A stretch of 64,000 bases of DNA from Camelus ferus (lineage: Eukaryota). Position 1 is the first letter of the stretch, and each line of letters begins with the position of its first letter. Under the pieces are notes generated by a model. That model did not search any database. It was not told where the DNA came from and was given only the letters and a program-made list of their open reading frames with translations. Position numbers and translations under genes: made by a program. The stretch is taken from the NCBI RefSeq assembly GCF_009834535.1, contig NC_045697.1:20276001-20340000 (forward strand), given 5' to 3'. Positions 39,488-53,390 of this stretch are shown here, piece after piece.

Positions 39488-39508
39488 TTCAGCACCAAGG
39501 ACAGGAAC
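39488..39508 (+). promoter_or_regulatory. RE1/NRSE (REST binding site)
   Basis: TTCAGCACC-AA-GGACAG matches the canonical TTCAGCACCnnGGACAG. Confidence 0.7.
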
Positions 39509-39689
39509 AAGAAAGCGAGTCATTGAAAGGTCCAAAGTTAGTGGGCAAGAGATTTGAACAGCTGTAAACACAAATTGCTGTCTGACCTGATAGAGTTAGT
39601 CCCTTAAGGTACGAAATGTCCCTTAAAGCCATGCATTTACCTACACTCTTCCTTTCTACTCTTTCCTCCTCTTTTCTTTTCCACTGTGA

Positions 39690-39940
39690 GAGGCAATATA
39701 GCCTGGTGGATAAGAAAGCTGACTCTGAACAGTTTTAAATTTAGGTTCTGATCCTTACTGGCCTTGTACAGTTACCTAACCAGCATGGGTTTCCCACTAG
39801 AGCTTCCTTCAGTAAATAAGCACACCAAGAGGAAACACCTCACAGTTTTGTTCTGAAGTTTAAATCTGATCATTTAAAATCAGCACTGAACTTGACATAG
39901 TACAAATGCTAAATGCATTTTAATTATTTTTATTACTGTT
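39690..39940 (+). mobile_element. MIR SINE
   Basis: aggcaatatagcctggtggataag...gactctg...gttacctaac...tattactgtt. Confidence 0.65.
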
Positions 39941-41516
39941 ATGCTCTTTGACAGGAAAAAAGACAGATTGACTTTGAAAACCATATACTTAAAAAAATTT
40001 AAAGTTTACTTTCACATGGGAATTAATCTTTGATTCCTTACCTCTCTTAAATTTCCCATTTAACTCTTTTTTTGAGTCCATTAGCATTTATTAGGAATAA
40101 CCTGTAAATTCTAATGACCTCAATCTTTTTACTTACTCTCCAGAAAACAATACGTAATTTTTGCCAATATTTACTTGGTCTCTCTTTCTGCCACCCACTT
40201 GAATTGATTTAAAATCCTTTCGCTTTAACAATAGGTAGTTTGAACAATTGTTTTCCCAGAAGCCATCATTATCATAAATATCCCCAAATAGCTGAATTGA
40301 CATTTCTTGTCATTAAAAAAATAGTATTTGAAGATGAATACCAAATAGACTAATAACCACATGACACAATCAATGTGGTTAAATTTAATAACCTATCTTC
40401 AAAAAAAAATCACTTTGAAATTACTGTAGTACTTCTACAGTGTATCTACTCTTATAATTTGATTTTCATGCTTCTATTCATTGAAAACCTTAGAAATAAA
40501 ATTTTTGACAAAAATAGGCTAAAATTCTCTGCTTTATTGCTTAATATCACATAAAAAGAAGATGAGCTGAGAAGAAAATACAATCTGTCTGTCAAGTATG
40601 AGTTGCAAAACAGAAAACCATGCAAGGCCTGTATACTATTTCCTTTCCTTTGGCCAATACTTGGCGTTTTATTTCCATGTCTGTGACTTTGTTTGACTTT
40701 AACTGCTTTGTTCATCTGAGCATTCTTTCTTGCGCATTCTACTCACTCTCTCTCTCTCAGTTCTTGGCACTAATGCACCCTTAGGAAATGTTTGGAATGC
40801 ATGAATTATTGCAATTCATTTGAGCTTATTTATGAGTACAAATTATGTTTAGGCCCTGTGTTAAGAGCTACACATAAGACAAAAATGGATTAAATCCCTG
40901 CCCTCAGTGTGCTTATATTGTCATATTGGTACATTTGTGATGCCAGGTGGATTCCACCCAGAAGAGGAATCCACAGGCTTGAGAGTCTGTCATGAGGCTC
41001 TGGGATTCTGGGACCTGTGAGGATTTTCTCTGGAATGAGCAAAATAAACCCTTGTTACACTGCTCCCCTTTCACATACGGAGTTTTCTTGGAGGAAAACA
41101 CAAAGGCCAAAGAATTCAGTTTCTGTGTCTAAGGGGAAAAAGTTCAAACTGCAAATCTTCTGCCAGATTGGTACAGAATGAAGAAGTGGCTGCTGAGATG
41201 TTGAGGGTGAGGAATGTTAATGGTGCCAAGTTTTTGAAAAAATTACTGCAAACAAATTTTAAAATAAAAATTTCCAGTTCACAGGTTGAAAACAAACACA
41301 GCCAAGGAGAGAGGTAAGGAATGGAATTAAAACGACTCTGTGGGGTACTGCGAAAGATGTACTCTACTTGTGGCCCGTGGAAATGTCTGTGGATTACATG
41401 ACGTTTTGGGAAATTGTTCTCTTCTTTGTATGGTTTCACAGGGTATTGGAGTATATACGTAAATGTGAGTGTGTGTGCTTTGCCCAATAATTCAAACTTA
41501 CTAGAAGAAATTTTTT

Positions 41517-42306
41517 TCTTTATTGAAGTGTAGTTGGTTTACAATGTTGTGTTAATTTCTGGTACACAGCATAGTGATTCAGTTCATATATATTCTTTTT
41601 CATATTCTTTTTCATAATAGGCTGTTACAAGGTATTGAATATAATTCCCTGTGCTACACAGTAGGACCTTGCTGTTTATCTATTTTATATATAGTAGTTA
41701 GTATCCGCAAGTCCCAAACTCCCAGTTTATCCCTCTACCCCCTCATTTCCCCCCTGGTAACCATAATTTTGTTTTCTACATCTGTGAGTCTGTTTCTGTT
41801 TTGTAAATAAGTTCATTTGTCTCATTTTCTAGAGTCCACATATAAGTGATAGCATATGGTATTTTTCATTCTCTTTCTGGCTCACTTCACTTAGTATGAC
41901 AACTTCCAGGTCCACCCATGTTGCTGCAAATGGCATTATTTTATTCTGTTTTATGACTGAGTAGTATTCCATTGTACATAAATACCACATCTTCTTTATC
42001 ACCTACGGTCAATTAATCTTCAACAAAACAGGCAAGAATATGTAATGGAGAAAAGACAGCCTCTTCAGCAAGTGGTGCTGGGAAAGCTGGACAGCCATAT
42101 GCAAATCCATGAAGTGAGAACACTCCCTCACACCATACACAAAAATAAACTCAAAACAGCTTAAAGAATTTAACATAAGTCAAGACCCTATAAACCTCCT
42201 AGAAGGAAACACAGGCAAAACATTCTCTGATATAACTCTAAGCAATTTCTCCTAGGACAGCCTACACAGACAATAGATATAAAAGAAAAAATAAATAAAT
42301 GGGACC
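41517..42306 (-). mobile_element. L1 with 5' inversion (twin priming)
   Basis: Antisense 3' end at 41517-42000, sense ORF2 piece at 42001-42306; TSD agaagaaa(a)tttttt at 41503-41516 and 42307-42321. Confidence 0.85.
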
Positions 42307-42378
42307 AGAAGAAAATTTTTTAAAAGGTGACTACCTTCACCTCACATTGACTGCAACCCCTCTAATGGGATTGGACCC

Positions 42379-42886
42379 TGAATTAATGTTCTGCAGAGAA
42401 ACAGAACAAATAGGATATGCATATATGGTACATCTATATCTATCTCTCTGAAAGAGAGGCAGAGAGAGACAGAGAGATAAAAGAGAGGGAAAAGAAAGAG
42501 AGAAATTTATTATAAGGAACTGGCTCATTTGATTATGGAGGCTAAGAGGTCCCTAAATCTGCTCTAAGTCCAAAGGCTGAGAAGCAGCAGAAGCCAGTGG
42601 TTTAAGTCCCAGTCCAAGTCCAAAGGTAATACAAGGCCAATGTCCCAGCTAAGACAGTCAGACAGAGAAAGTGATTTCTCTCTTACTTTGCCTTTTTGTT
42701 CTATTTGAGCCTTCAGTGGATCGGATGAGGCCTGTCCACACTGGGGAGGAAAGTCTGCTTTACTCAGTCCACAGATTCAAACGTTAACCTCATCTAAAGT
42801 ACCTTCACAGACCCAGAACAGTGTTTGGTCAAATATCTGGGCTCTCGGTGACCCACTTAAGTTAACATGTAAAATTAACCATCACA
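42379..42886 (-). mobile_element. MLT2 (ERVL) solo LTR with 5-bp TSD GACCC
   Basis: cagagaaacagaacaaatagga...aggaactggctc...aaaattaaccatcaca; GACCC at 42374-42378 and 42887-42891. Confidence 0.9.
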
Positions 42887-45800
42887 GACCCACTCCTGGA
42901 CTATTCTGGTAAAGCCCTATGGGATTCTTAAGAATCATCTCTCAGAGACCAGCAAGAGTCCTCTGTAGATTATTATGTGCCATTGGGCGAAGGAAGTGGT
43001 GGGAATTCTAGAGGGATGTCAAGTTCTGTGGGTAGAGATTGAGGTGTTCCAAAGAGGGGAAAGGTTTGCAAAATTAAAAAATTAAAGGAGTTCTTTCTCT
43101 GCTACCCACACGCATTCATCATGCGTTAGTGGCTTAGTAGAAAATTTTGAGAATGAGACATAAGAATGGAAAAGTCTGTGAGTCACCTCTCTGCTAAGGC
43201 CAGTAATTGCAGCCACATCTTATCAAAGGAAGTTAGACATCCCTGGAGGGGTTCTGGAACCGGTTGCAGGAAGTGAAACAGAGGTGAAAGATAGATTTGA
43301 GTCAGGAAGCTGGTAGCTCTATGAACCATCCCTGGAGCATATAAAATACAAATCTTTCTCCTCTAACAATTAGAATAAGAACACAACTCAAAATAGGTTG
43401 GTATGGGCAGGTTAGTGTTAGAAGAGAAAGACATTTGTATTCATTTGAAAAATCCATTGGTTTGCTCTGAAAGATAAGTAGTACTTGGCTCATTACCAAA
43501 ACTTCTCTGACATCCAGCAGAGGTACAGCTCATGTTTATCTAGATGAAAGCTGAATCTATGTCTGCAGGTTTACTGCTACCTGGCAGTGAGGGTCCTTTC
43601 AAAGTAGATTCAAGAATAACAGACTATGTCTTGCTTCTCTTAAAATGCATGGATTCTTGTTGTGTCTTCTGTTCTCCTCTGTGGCCCCACTCCCCAGCAC
43701 AGCGTCTGGGCCATTGGATGCACCAGATACGTCTCTCTTAAAGAAATGTACAAAGATTCTGGGCTGGAGTCTATGAAGTTTTACATCCATTCAAGGAAAT
43801 TGCTCTTTTAAAATAATTATATTATCAGAATCTTGGCAAAGGAAAAAATGAAACTGTTGGGTCAGGAATTGTTTATCTAATCTATCTTTCATGAATACCT
43901 GGATATTTTAAAAGAAAGTAGACCTGAAGGAAGAAGTAAGGAGTATTTTCTACTCAGCGCAAGGCATGCTTCATTCAAAATATACTTGGTTTTCAGCCAG
44001 CCTTTCAGGACTTTCATTTATCTTTACTTAAATTCAAATGTGTGACTGAAGCTAAAGGTCACTTTATTTACCAAAACCAAAATGTCAACAAATAAGCACT
44101 CTCTCTCCTGCTTTCCTCATATCAGCATGCACAGAACAGAGCACAATGCTCTAAGACCTTCTCCACAGAGATATTAAATGAAAGCATTAATCCAGACAAA
44201 ATATGTTAATTCCTGGTCTACTTAGCCCACAGGAACAGAAAGGATAATGTGTCAGGAATCAAAACCTTGTGTTCTAAATAATCCCCTCATAAGTCTTACT
44301 GAGCAGGAATCCCTGGGAATAATTGCAGTGATTCTAGAAGATCTGGCCCGAGATGTAGGACACGTGGGTTCTGAGGGCATCAGCACTACCATGTGCTTGT
44401 ATAACTGTAGACAAACTCTTTTGACCCTCTGGCCTCCACATTTAACCACCTGAAAATATGTGATAAATCGTACCTTCAGAATGATTGCTGTAAGATGGCA
44501 CAGGACGCTGGAAATGATGGGAACAGGATACCCTGCAAACACTAAAAAATGTTACATGCAATTGAATTTTAACAATAATGATAGTGAAGATGAGTATGGA
44601 CTCTTTTGATGAAGCTTCTGTGTCCTTGCTGACATGCCATGCACTGTGATAAATGCTGTGCAAGAGAACAGTAATAAACTGTTACAATTGTTATAGGGAG
44701 AATCTATGTTTGAACTTGAGAAACCAATGGGAAATTATCTTAGAATGTGAGCAGTGTTGTGATATGAAGCACAGGGGGCTTAGGAACCACCTGGGAGATG
44801 CACTGAATCCAGGGGTCCTGGAAGAAAACTGTCAGCAGACGGGACTGACTGTTGTAGTGATGGCTGTCTGTGCTGTTAGAAGCTGGCATGCAATTCTTAG
44901 AGAAAGACTAATAAGTAAGAGTTCAAGTTCAAGTAACTTCCATTTCTCTGGCTTTTATGGGAAGTAATAACTTAATTTCTTCTATATGATGACATAGCAC
45001 TCTTAAAAATTTTATACTCAGAAAAACTGTGCATAAAAAATGGGGCTCTTGGGGAAAATAAGACTGGTGCAGATCACTCCAAAACTATTGTAAACAGAAT
45101 GCTAATAAAACACAACTATAATCCAAGTTTAAAAAGCAGCTTTAAGAAGACATGTTAAATCCTGCAGAAACAAAACACTGCTCTGGAAAATACAGAGGAC
45201 TTTACCTTAAAAAGAAAAGAGATAAGCAACTTGAGAAAATTTGTTTTAAAAAAATTGCTGGGCTGACTGTCATGAGGACAAGATTAAAATGTATGCAAAT
45301 TAGGAAAACGTCTCCCAGAACAGAACAGGTGGTCAATCTGAGCCATGGGAGGAGAGTGGACGTGACTGATGTACAAGGCCATTTCCTCAACTGCTTGCTG
45401 TGCTCAGCTAATATTACACAAAAATTAACTAGCTAGGAAGGCTTGATTTTGAACTAATATACCTTCTCCATTACGCTAACATCAGCCCCTTGTTTATCCA
45501 GTGCCTATGTGTTTACTTACCTCATAAAAACTCACATTGTTGCAAAAGAGATTGTTGAGATATTTATTAAGATGTGATGATAGATTCTGAAGAGTTCTGC
45601 TCTGGGGCACATTATCTTGTTTGCCCTGGTTCCTGGCACACTGGATGAGCTGCATAAATATTTGTCAACCAAGTGCCCCATGAATTTCTCTAAAACCCGG
45701 TATTCCTCAGTGATATTGTGCAGGAGAAGCTGGTCTCACTACGTACACCTTTCCCAAGCCCCGCTGTGATTGATACGTCAATCATTTGTGATCATTATTA

Positions 45801-45963
45801 TTCCTTTATAGAAAAGTGTATAATTTATTTAACTTTAAGGATGTACTCTAAGTAGGAAGTTGGAGATCAACTGCTGTTTATTAATTTGGCACTGTTTTAT
45901 GCTAACATATGCTGTTTAATTTAGTCTTAAAAGTCAAACTGTGTGCTAAGTTTTGTATGTTCA

Positions 45964-46265
45964 ATCAGAAATAGACTCAGGAACATAGAAAAACAAACTG
46001 TGGTTACCAAGGGGGAAAAGTGAGGGAGGAATAGATTAGGAGTCTGGGATTAACAGGTACACATTACTATATATAAAACAGGTAATTAACAAGGACCTAC
46101 TGTATAGCACAGGGAACTATATCCAATTTCTTGTAATGAGCTGAAGTGGAAAAGAAACTGAAAAAAAAAGTATGTATGTATATGTATAACTGAATCACTT
46201 TGCTGTACACCTGAAACTAACGTTGTAAATCAATTACACTTTAATGAAAAAGAATAATAAAAAAA
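45964..46265 (+). mobile_element. Cetartiodactyl-type L1 3' end inserted in a MIR
   Basis: agaaatagactcag...aaggacctactgtatagcacagggaac...tgaatcactttgctgtacacctgaaactaac. Confidence 0.85.
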
Positions 46266-47591
46266 TGCGGAAAACAATCAAGGTTCATGAGGTTTGGGTA
46301 CCTCAGGTTTGCTAAAGACACTTCGGTGGTGGTTGTTGGAGTTGCAATATAAATCCAGGTGTGACTTCTCTAACATTTACAGTCTTTTCCCCAACTCAAG
46401 CTAGTGCTAAATGATAGTAAAAGTCTTATTCACTTCAACGTAATTTGTTTTCTTATAGAAATCAAAATCTTAAGTGACAAAGTCTGCATTAGGATTTTAA
46501 TAATCATCTCCAATTTTAAAAAAAGAATTGTGATCTCATAATATTTCAGTTTCTTAAATTTCGCATCCTTAGTTCTTCTTAAAACAGTCTCTCAGAGACC
46601 AATGTTTAGAGCCTTCACTTAAAGTGGACTCTATTGCCATATAATCCTTGGCCCAACTCATAAACAGATCTGGTGAACCTTCTTATAGAACTAGAAATGG
46701 TTCATTTCAGTTTTTAAGAGCTTTAAGAAACATTAAAGGGTTTTTGGACTCCTGCCTAGTCAAATATGTTTTAATAAACACCATAGGAGTTTCTACAGTA
46801 TTTTTTTCAATCACTAGGAATATAATGAAATGGATCAATTCATTGTTTAGTACAGTATAAGTCTTAACTCTTGAAGAATCCAAATAAATCAATAAGAAAA
46901 AAATTACCTCAGTTGTTTTGCCTGCAGACAGATAAGAAATTCACTCCACAGTGGGGCTCTAACTCCCAGTTCCATCAAACTTGTTGACAAACAGATTTTC
47001 TTCTTATCCATTGTGTATAAAGGTGTGGCCTTAATTCCATCATAATGCCCTTATTTGCTTATAGTCACAATTGATTTTGCTTTTAATTCAGCAATTCATT
47101 CAACTGTTCTATATGCTGGAAGTACACTGGTAAAAAACAAAACATACAGATTCCTGTTCTCTTGGATCAGATCATACATTCTGGTGGGGGAGAGGAGTTT
47201 TAGGGAGAGATTATAAGCAATAAATAAGTTAACTTCACATTTGTTTTATGAAACTGATAAAGAATCAATTATCTTCTTCAGTAGGATAGTTCCAATCTAT
47301 CACCATATAATCTGAAAGAATACATTTTCTTTTCTACATATCAACAACTTAATGTATCTTCAAAATGTTACACATGCTTAGTGACTGTTCACCTGATTAG
47401 CCTCCACCAGGACTTTGCCTTGTAAGAGAACAGGGTCCCCAAGAAACAAAACACACAGTGACTGTTTTATAGGATATACAAGGTACATAGCATCAGTTGA
47501 AAGCTAGAGTCCATGGAATGGTGCTGGGTGGCAGAGGCTTCCTCCAGGCAGTTGGGTGGGCACTATGATAGGGCTGTTGTCTTGGAGCATC

Positions 47592-48132
47592 TCTGGTTAA
47601 CTGCACTTTACAAAAATGGCCATAGCAGTATATCTGGTGTCACATATTCTTTCAGAACTTTGATACCCTTCCCATCAAAGGGTGAATTCTGAATGTTGTC
47701 CCCTCAGAAAGGAATCATATATGGTGACACACAATCACATGGTGCATGGATTCTGTGGCTTAAGTAACACTTCCAGCTGGCTCTCCTTCCCTTTTGGGAT
47801 CTAACCTTGTGATCCATGAGCTCACATATAGATGTACATCTGTTGTGAAGTTTCCATGTTGAAGACATCACATGACAATAGGAAGCGATGTCCAAATAGC
47901 CCCAAACATTTTAGTACCTAGTTATTTGAGCCTTCTTAGTATCAACCACTAGAAATATAAGTGAACAAGCCATCCTCAGCCTTCTAGCTGACCCAGCTGA
48001 TGCCACGTGGAACAGAGATGAGCTATCTCCGCAGAGTCTTGTCAGAATTGCAGGTTAGTGAGCAAAATAAATGTCACTGTTTCAAAAACTCAGATTTGTG
48101 GTGGTTTTTTACGCAGCACTGCAACTGAAACA
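47592..48132 (+). mobile_element. MLT1 (MaLR) LTR, MLT1G/H-like
   Basis: acaaaaatggccatagc...gagcaaaataaatg...tttttacgcagca...actgaaaca. Confidence 0.75.
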
Positions 48133-48469
48133 TTTATACATGTACAGGTCAAGAGATAGCATCATGTGACATGTTACAGAGACGACATGTCCTACATGCA
48201 TGCCTGTTGACTACTGAAGATACTGGTTCTTAGACACACAAAAAATGCACCCCAAACTGAGGTTTCTAGAACACTTTTTTGTTCCTCTGAGTAGTCTTTC
48301 ATAACAATAGAAAAGTCAGAATCAGGAAATGCATTTTTTCTTTCAAGTCTCTGTCTTTGTGTCATTTTTCTGGGCAAAATTCAAACAAAATACTAACTGG
48401 TATTTTTCAAACATTTCTTCTCCATACATCATAAACTGATTAAAAGTAAAAAGGGTTGTGAATATCAAA

Positions 48470-48960
48470 ATTAAAAGTGCATGGCTCTAATTTTAGCATG
48501 GCCCTGCTTTAATCCATACCCTTTGTCATATAACTTCCAGTGCCAACCCATTATGGACAAGATCTACTTTACCTCTTGAATCTGAACTTGGCTTTGTGAC
48601 ACACAGTCAATGGATGTTAATAGGTTTGAAGCCCTGAGGAGGCTTAAAAACACCTTTATATAAGCTGCTTGTGCATTTGTGTCTCTGCCATTTCCATTAA
48701 AACATGCCTGAGGTTACATGTAGAAGGTTGGAAATTTGTTTAGGAGAGCAGAAAATACCAATAGCCCAGTAACCCAAGGAAGGACAGTCTAAATCAACTG
48801 ACAGCCAGCCAACCCAGACATGAACTGAGCCTGGCATAGATTGAAAGCAACACCCAACCAAGGTCAATATAAATCTCTTGATCTCAGACTCATAATATTA
48901 TTAAAAGCTTGTTGTTGAAACCTGTTGAGTTTTGTCATAGTTACTATGCAGCACTGATAC
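48470..48960 (+). mobile_element. MLT1 (MaLR) LTR
   Basis: cttgaatctgaacttggctttgtgac...gttgaaacctgttgagttttg...tatgcagcactgataca. Confidence 0.65.
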
Positions 48961-49199
48961 AATTCCTTTAAGTATGTATTAAATTTCAACAAATGGTAAT
49001 TACACTGGAGAAGAAAGTTACACATGTGCAAGGATGGAATTTTTACTTCAACAATAATTCAACAATGTCCTTTTGGTGTCTATCATTTCAGATACCACAG
49101 AACATCTTGTAGTGTCATAAGAAGTACTATGGTGTTAGAGACAGAATAGTTCACTTGGAACTGCAGGGTGCAGAAGATTACAGGAAAAGATGCAACTTA

Positions 49200-50682
49200 A
49201 CAATATGAAGTCATGGGAGCAACCACTAGAAAACTAAAAAGGCAAATATAAAATGATCAGTTAAAGCCAAAAGAGGCAGAAAAGAAGAGGAAGACAAAAA
49301 TAGGAACAAAGAACAAGGGCAATAAACAGAAAACAGTAACAAATATGGTAGATATCAATCTAACTATGTCAATAATCACTTTGAATGTCAATAATCTAAT
49401 GAAAAGACAGAGTTTGTCAGAGTGGGTCAAAAAACAAGATGTAATTGTATGTTGTCTACAAAGAACTCATTTTAAATATAAACATATAGACTAAACAAGT
49501 GGAAAAAATGCTAATACTGAACACATAAAGAAGGAGAAGATTTATTAATTTCAGACTTTAAAGTAAGAGTTATTATCACTAAAGAAGAGCTTTATATAAT
49601 GATGAAGTAGTCATTTTTACAAGAACACATAACAGTCCTTAACGTGTATGTGCCTAACAATAGAGCATCAAACCACATTAGGCAAAAAATGATAGAACCA
49701 CAGGGAGAAATGGATGAATTCACTATCATAGTTGGAGAATTCAACACCTCTGTATCAGAAATGTGTAGATCCAGCAGATCAAAAATCAGTAAAGTTATAA
49801 TTTAATTCAACAACACTGTCAATCCGCTGGATGTAATGGATATCTATAGACTGCTTCATCCAAAAACAGCAGAATAAACATTCTTCTCAAGCTCATATGA
49901 GACATTCACCAAGATAGACCTCAATCTGGACCTAAAACACACCTTAGTTAAGTTTAAAAGAATAGAAATCAAACAATGCCTTTTCTCAGATCATAATGGA
50001 ATTAAACTAGAAATGAATAGCAGAGCTAACTGGAAAAACTGGAAAATTCCCAAATACTTGGAGATTAAACATTTATCTACATAACCCATGGGTTAAAGAA
50101 GAAAAATGAAGAGAAATATAAAGTATTTGTAAGTAAATGAAAATGAAAACAAAACTTAAAATTTGTGTGATGCAGGTTAAAGAATACTTATGTTAAGTAT
50201 ATACTAATGCAGATCTTAGAAAAGAAGAAAGATCTAAAATTAATCATCAAAGTTTCCACCTTAGTAAAGTAGAAAAAGAAGAGCAAATTATAGCCAAAGT
50301 AAGAAAAGAAGAGAAATAATAAGAATTAGGGCAGAAAATAATGAAATTAAACACAACAAATCAATAGAGAAAATCAACACTAGCAAAAGCAGTATGTTTT
50401 TTTTTAGAAAAATCAATAAAATTTCAAACCTCTAGCCAGATTAACTGAGAAAAAGAAAAGAGAAGACACAAATAACTAATACCTGAAGTGAACAAGGGGA
50501 AATCACCACAGATCCCATGGACATTAAAATGATAATAAAGGAATATTATAAATAAATCTATGGTGAAAATTTTGAAAACCTAGGTGAAATGGGCCAATTC
50601 TTTGAAGGATCCAAGCTGTCAAAACTCACACAAAAAGAAATAGACAATCTGAATAGGACTATAGCTACTAAAGAAATTGAAT
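49200..50682 (+). mobile_element. Old L1 inter-ORF and ORF2 endonuclease region
   Basis: tcaataatcactttgaatgtcaat...gcagaataaacattcttctcaagc...ctcagatcataatggaattaaactagaaat. Confidence 0.85.
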
Positions 50683-50769
50683 TTGGATAGTTCTGGGAGC
50701 AAAAAGAATGACATTAAATGAGATTTGATATATTACCTCAAGCACAGACATTAAAGAGACTTAGACTCT

Positions 50770-51995
50770 TTTTTTAATAGACTGTATTTTTTAGAACAGC
50801 TTTAGGTTCACAGAAATATTGAGTGGAAGATACAGAGAATTCCCATACACCTCCTACCCTAACACACGGACCACTCCCCATTATTAATATCCTGCTACCG
50901 AGTGGTACATTTGGTACAACTGATGAACCTACAGTAACACATCATTATCATTAAAAACCATAGTTTTTTACATTAGGGTTTACTCTATGTTTTTGTGCAT
51001 TCTGTGGGTTTGGACAAATATATATTGAAATGTATTCACCATTATAATATCATACAGAATATCTTCACTGTCCTAAAAATCTTGTGCTCCACCTGTTCAT
51101 CCCCCTCTTCCCCTTAACCCCTGGCAACCAGTGATCTTTTGCCGTCTCTACAGTTTTGCCTGTCCCAGAATGTCGTGTGGTTGGAGTCATACAGTTTGTA
51201 GTCTTTCAGATTGGCTTCTTTCACTTAGTCACATGCATTTAAGGTTTCTCCATGTCATTTTACAGCCAGATAGCTAATTTCTTTTAAATTCTGAATAACA
51301 TTCCATTGTAAAGATGCACCACAGTGTATTCATCCATTTATCTGCTGAAGAACATCGAGGTTGCTTCCAAGTTTTGGCAATTATGAATAAAGTTGCTATA
51401 AAACATCCATGCGCAGGTTTTTGTGTGGATGTGAGTTTTAGCTCATTTTATGCAATACCAAAGAATGCTATTGCTAGATTGCATAAGTATGTTTAGTTTT
51501 GTAAGAAACTACCAAATTGTGTTCCAAAGTGGCTTTACCATCTTGTATTTTTGTGGGAACCAGCAATAAATGAGAGTTTCTATTGATCTATATCCTCACC
51601 AGCATTTGTGTTGTCAGTGTTGCGCGTTTTGGCCATTCCACTACTTAGGGGTTTCACATTTTTTAAATTTGCAATTCTCTATTGACATATGGTGTTGAAT
51701 ATCTTTCCATATGCCTATTTACCAAAGAAATATCTTCTTTGGTGAGGTGTCTGTTCAGGTCTTTGTTCATTTTTTAATCAGGCTGTTACTTTTTTTAATT
51801 GGTTAAGTTTTACAAGTCCTTTGTATATTTTAGGTAATAGTTCTTTATTAGATATGTATTTGCAAATACATTTCCCTATCTGTGGGTTGTCTTCTCATTC
51901 TCTGACATTGTTCTTTCTCAGAGCAGAAGCTTTTAATTTTAGTGAAGTCCAGCTTATCAATGATTTCTCTCATTAACTGTGCCTTTGGTATTGCG
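50770..51995 (-). mobile_element. L1MC1-like 3' end
   Basis: agactgtattttttagaacagctttaggttcacag...ccctggcaaccagtgatc...gcagaagcttttaattttagtgaagtcc. Confidence 0.85.
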
Positions 51996-52144
51996 ACTCC
52001 ACATTTTTTAACAAGGGTTTCTCAGCCTAACCTTAAATGGAAAGCTAAAGTAGTATGGTTTAAATTCTCGTCATAAAGTAACTTTTCATGTGGGAAAATG
52101 AGAACCAGAGAGGCTTTGAAAAAAATAATAATTATAATAAACAT

Positions 52145-52390
52145 TGATTTATCATGTGTAAAGTTTCTGGAAAACATCTGAGACCTTTACATTTAATATT
52201 TGATTTAACCCTCATCACAAATATATACACATGGGACTATAACATAACAATCATTTCATAAATCAGGAATGTGAAACCCAGAGAGACTAATAGTTTTTTC
52301 CTAAGGTTAAGTAGCTCGTTAGTGTTAGAATCAGAATTCAAACATAGAAAGACAGAGGAATCCAGCTCAGCCAGGGTTCTGTTAACACCA
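52145..52390 (-). mobile_element. MIR SINE
   Basis: tttgatttaaccctcatcacaa...gaaacccagagagactaa...cagaattcaaac. Confidence 0.6.
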
Positions 52391-53179
52391 TCACATTTAT
52401 TCACTTCACTACCTCAAGAATGTTTCTAGAGAACAATGAGTAAGTGTTCAGATTCACAAGATGTGGATATGGTTATAAATGCAAGAAAGGATTTCAGTAG
52501 TTTGAGGAAATGAGGCAAAAGTCCTCTTCGGTTTCTTGTTTAGAGCCCAAGTTCCTTGGCACCTCCTTCCTCTCATACCTTCTTATCATTTAATTATTAG
52601 CAGCCTTGGATAATCATTAATTATGTGCCATCAATTATGCTTACATTATCGTTTCAAATAGATACAATACCTGATTGATTTGACTAAAATAACCCCCTTG
52701 TTTAATCGTCAACTTGCATAAATTTGCATGCAGTGAGGTGTTGCACAGTGATTCACCAGGCACCAAAAACAGCAGCAACAACCTGAGCAACGGGAGGCTC
52801 AGCCTCACCAATTATTGTCATTTTCATCTGGAAAGGAATTCCATTAAAACCGACTTTCCATAGTCTGGAATTGTGATGAGGAGTTTGCGAATTTAAGCTA
52901 CCATAGGATTTATGGGGAGACACTATGGGGAACACGTACCCATGACCACTGGCAAGACATCTGTCCTGCAAGTAATTGAAACTCACTCCTGTGCTGGTCC
53001 AGCGCTTTGATGGCAGGGCGATGGGTTTCCATGCTGGTGCTCTCATTACAGGGATGGCTGTCTGAATGTGACCCCAAGTCCAGGGAGTTGAATGATACAC
53101 TTCTCCCACTGACCGGGAGTGAGGTTTCTGTTGAAGGTGAGTGAGGTGAACTAGCAAATTTACTGTAACTCTCTTTTCC

Positions 53180-53390
53180 TTTGCTTCTTCGATAATAACA
53201 TTTTGAAGTGCCTACTATATGCTAGGCATGTATTAGGAATCACATACAATTTATTCACATTTAATACTCAACAACAATCTTACAAAGTTTATGATCCTAT
53301 CATATTTTCAGAGGTCACAAATTTGACAAGTGGCAAAGCTTCAGTAGATCCTAAATCTAGTGGAGTCAAATCTCTTCTATTTTATCTCCC
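53180..53390 (-). mobile_element. MIR SINE
   Basis: agtgcctactatatgctaggcatg...atttaatactcaacaacaatc...aggtcacaa...aagtggcaaagc. Confidence 0.65.

Noticed and set aside
52753..53157. 134-aa minus-strand ORF
   Set aside because: Non-ATG start and no recognisable homology.
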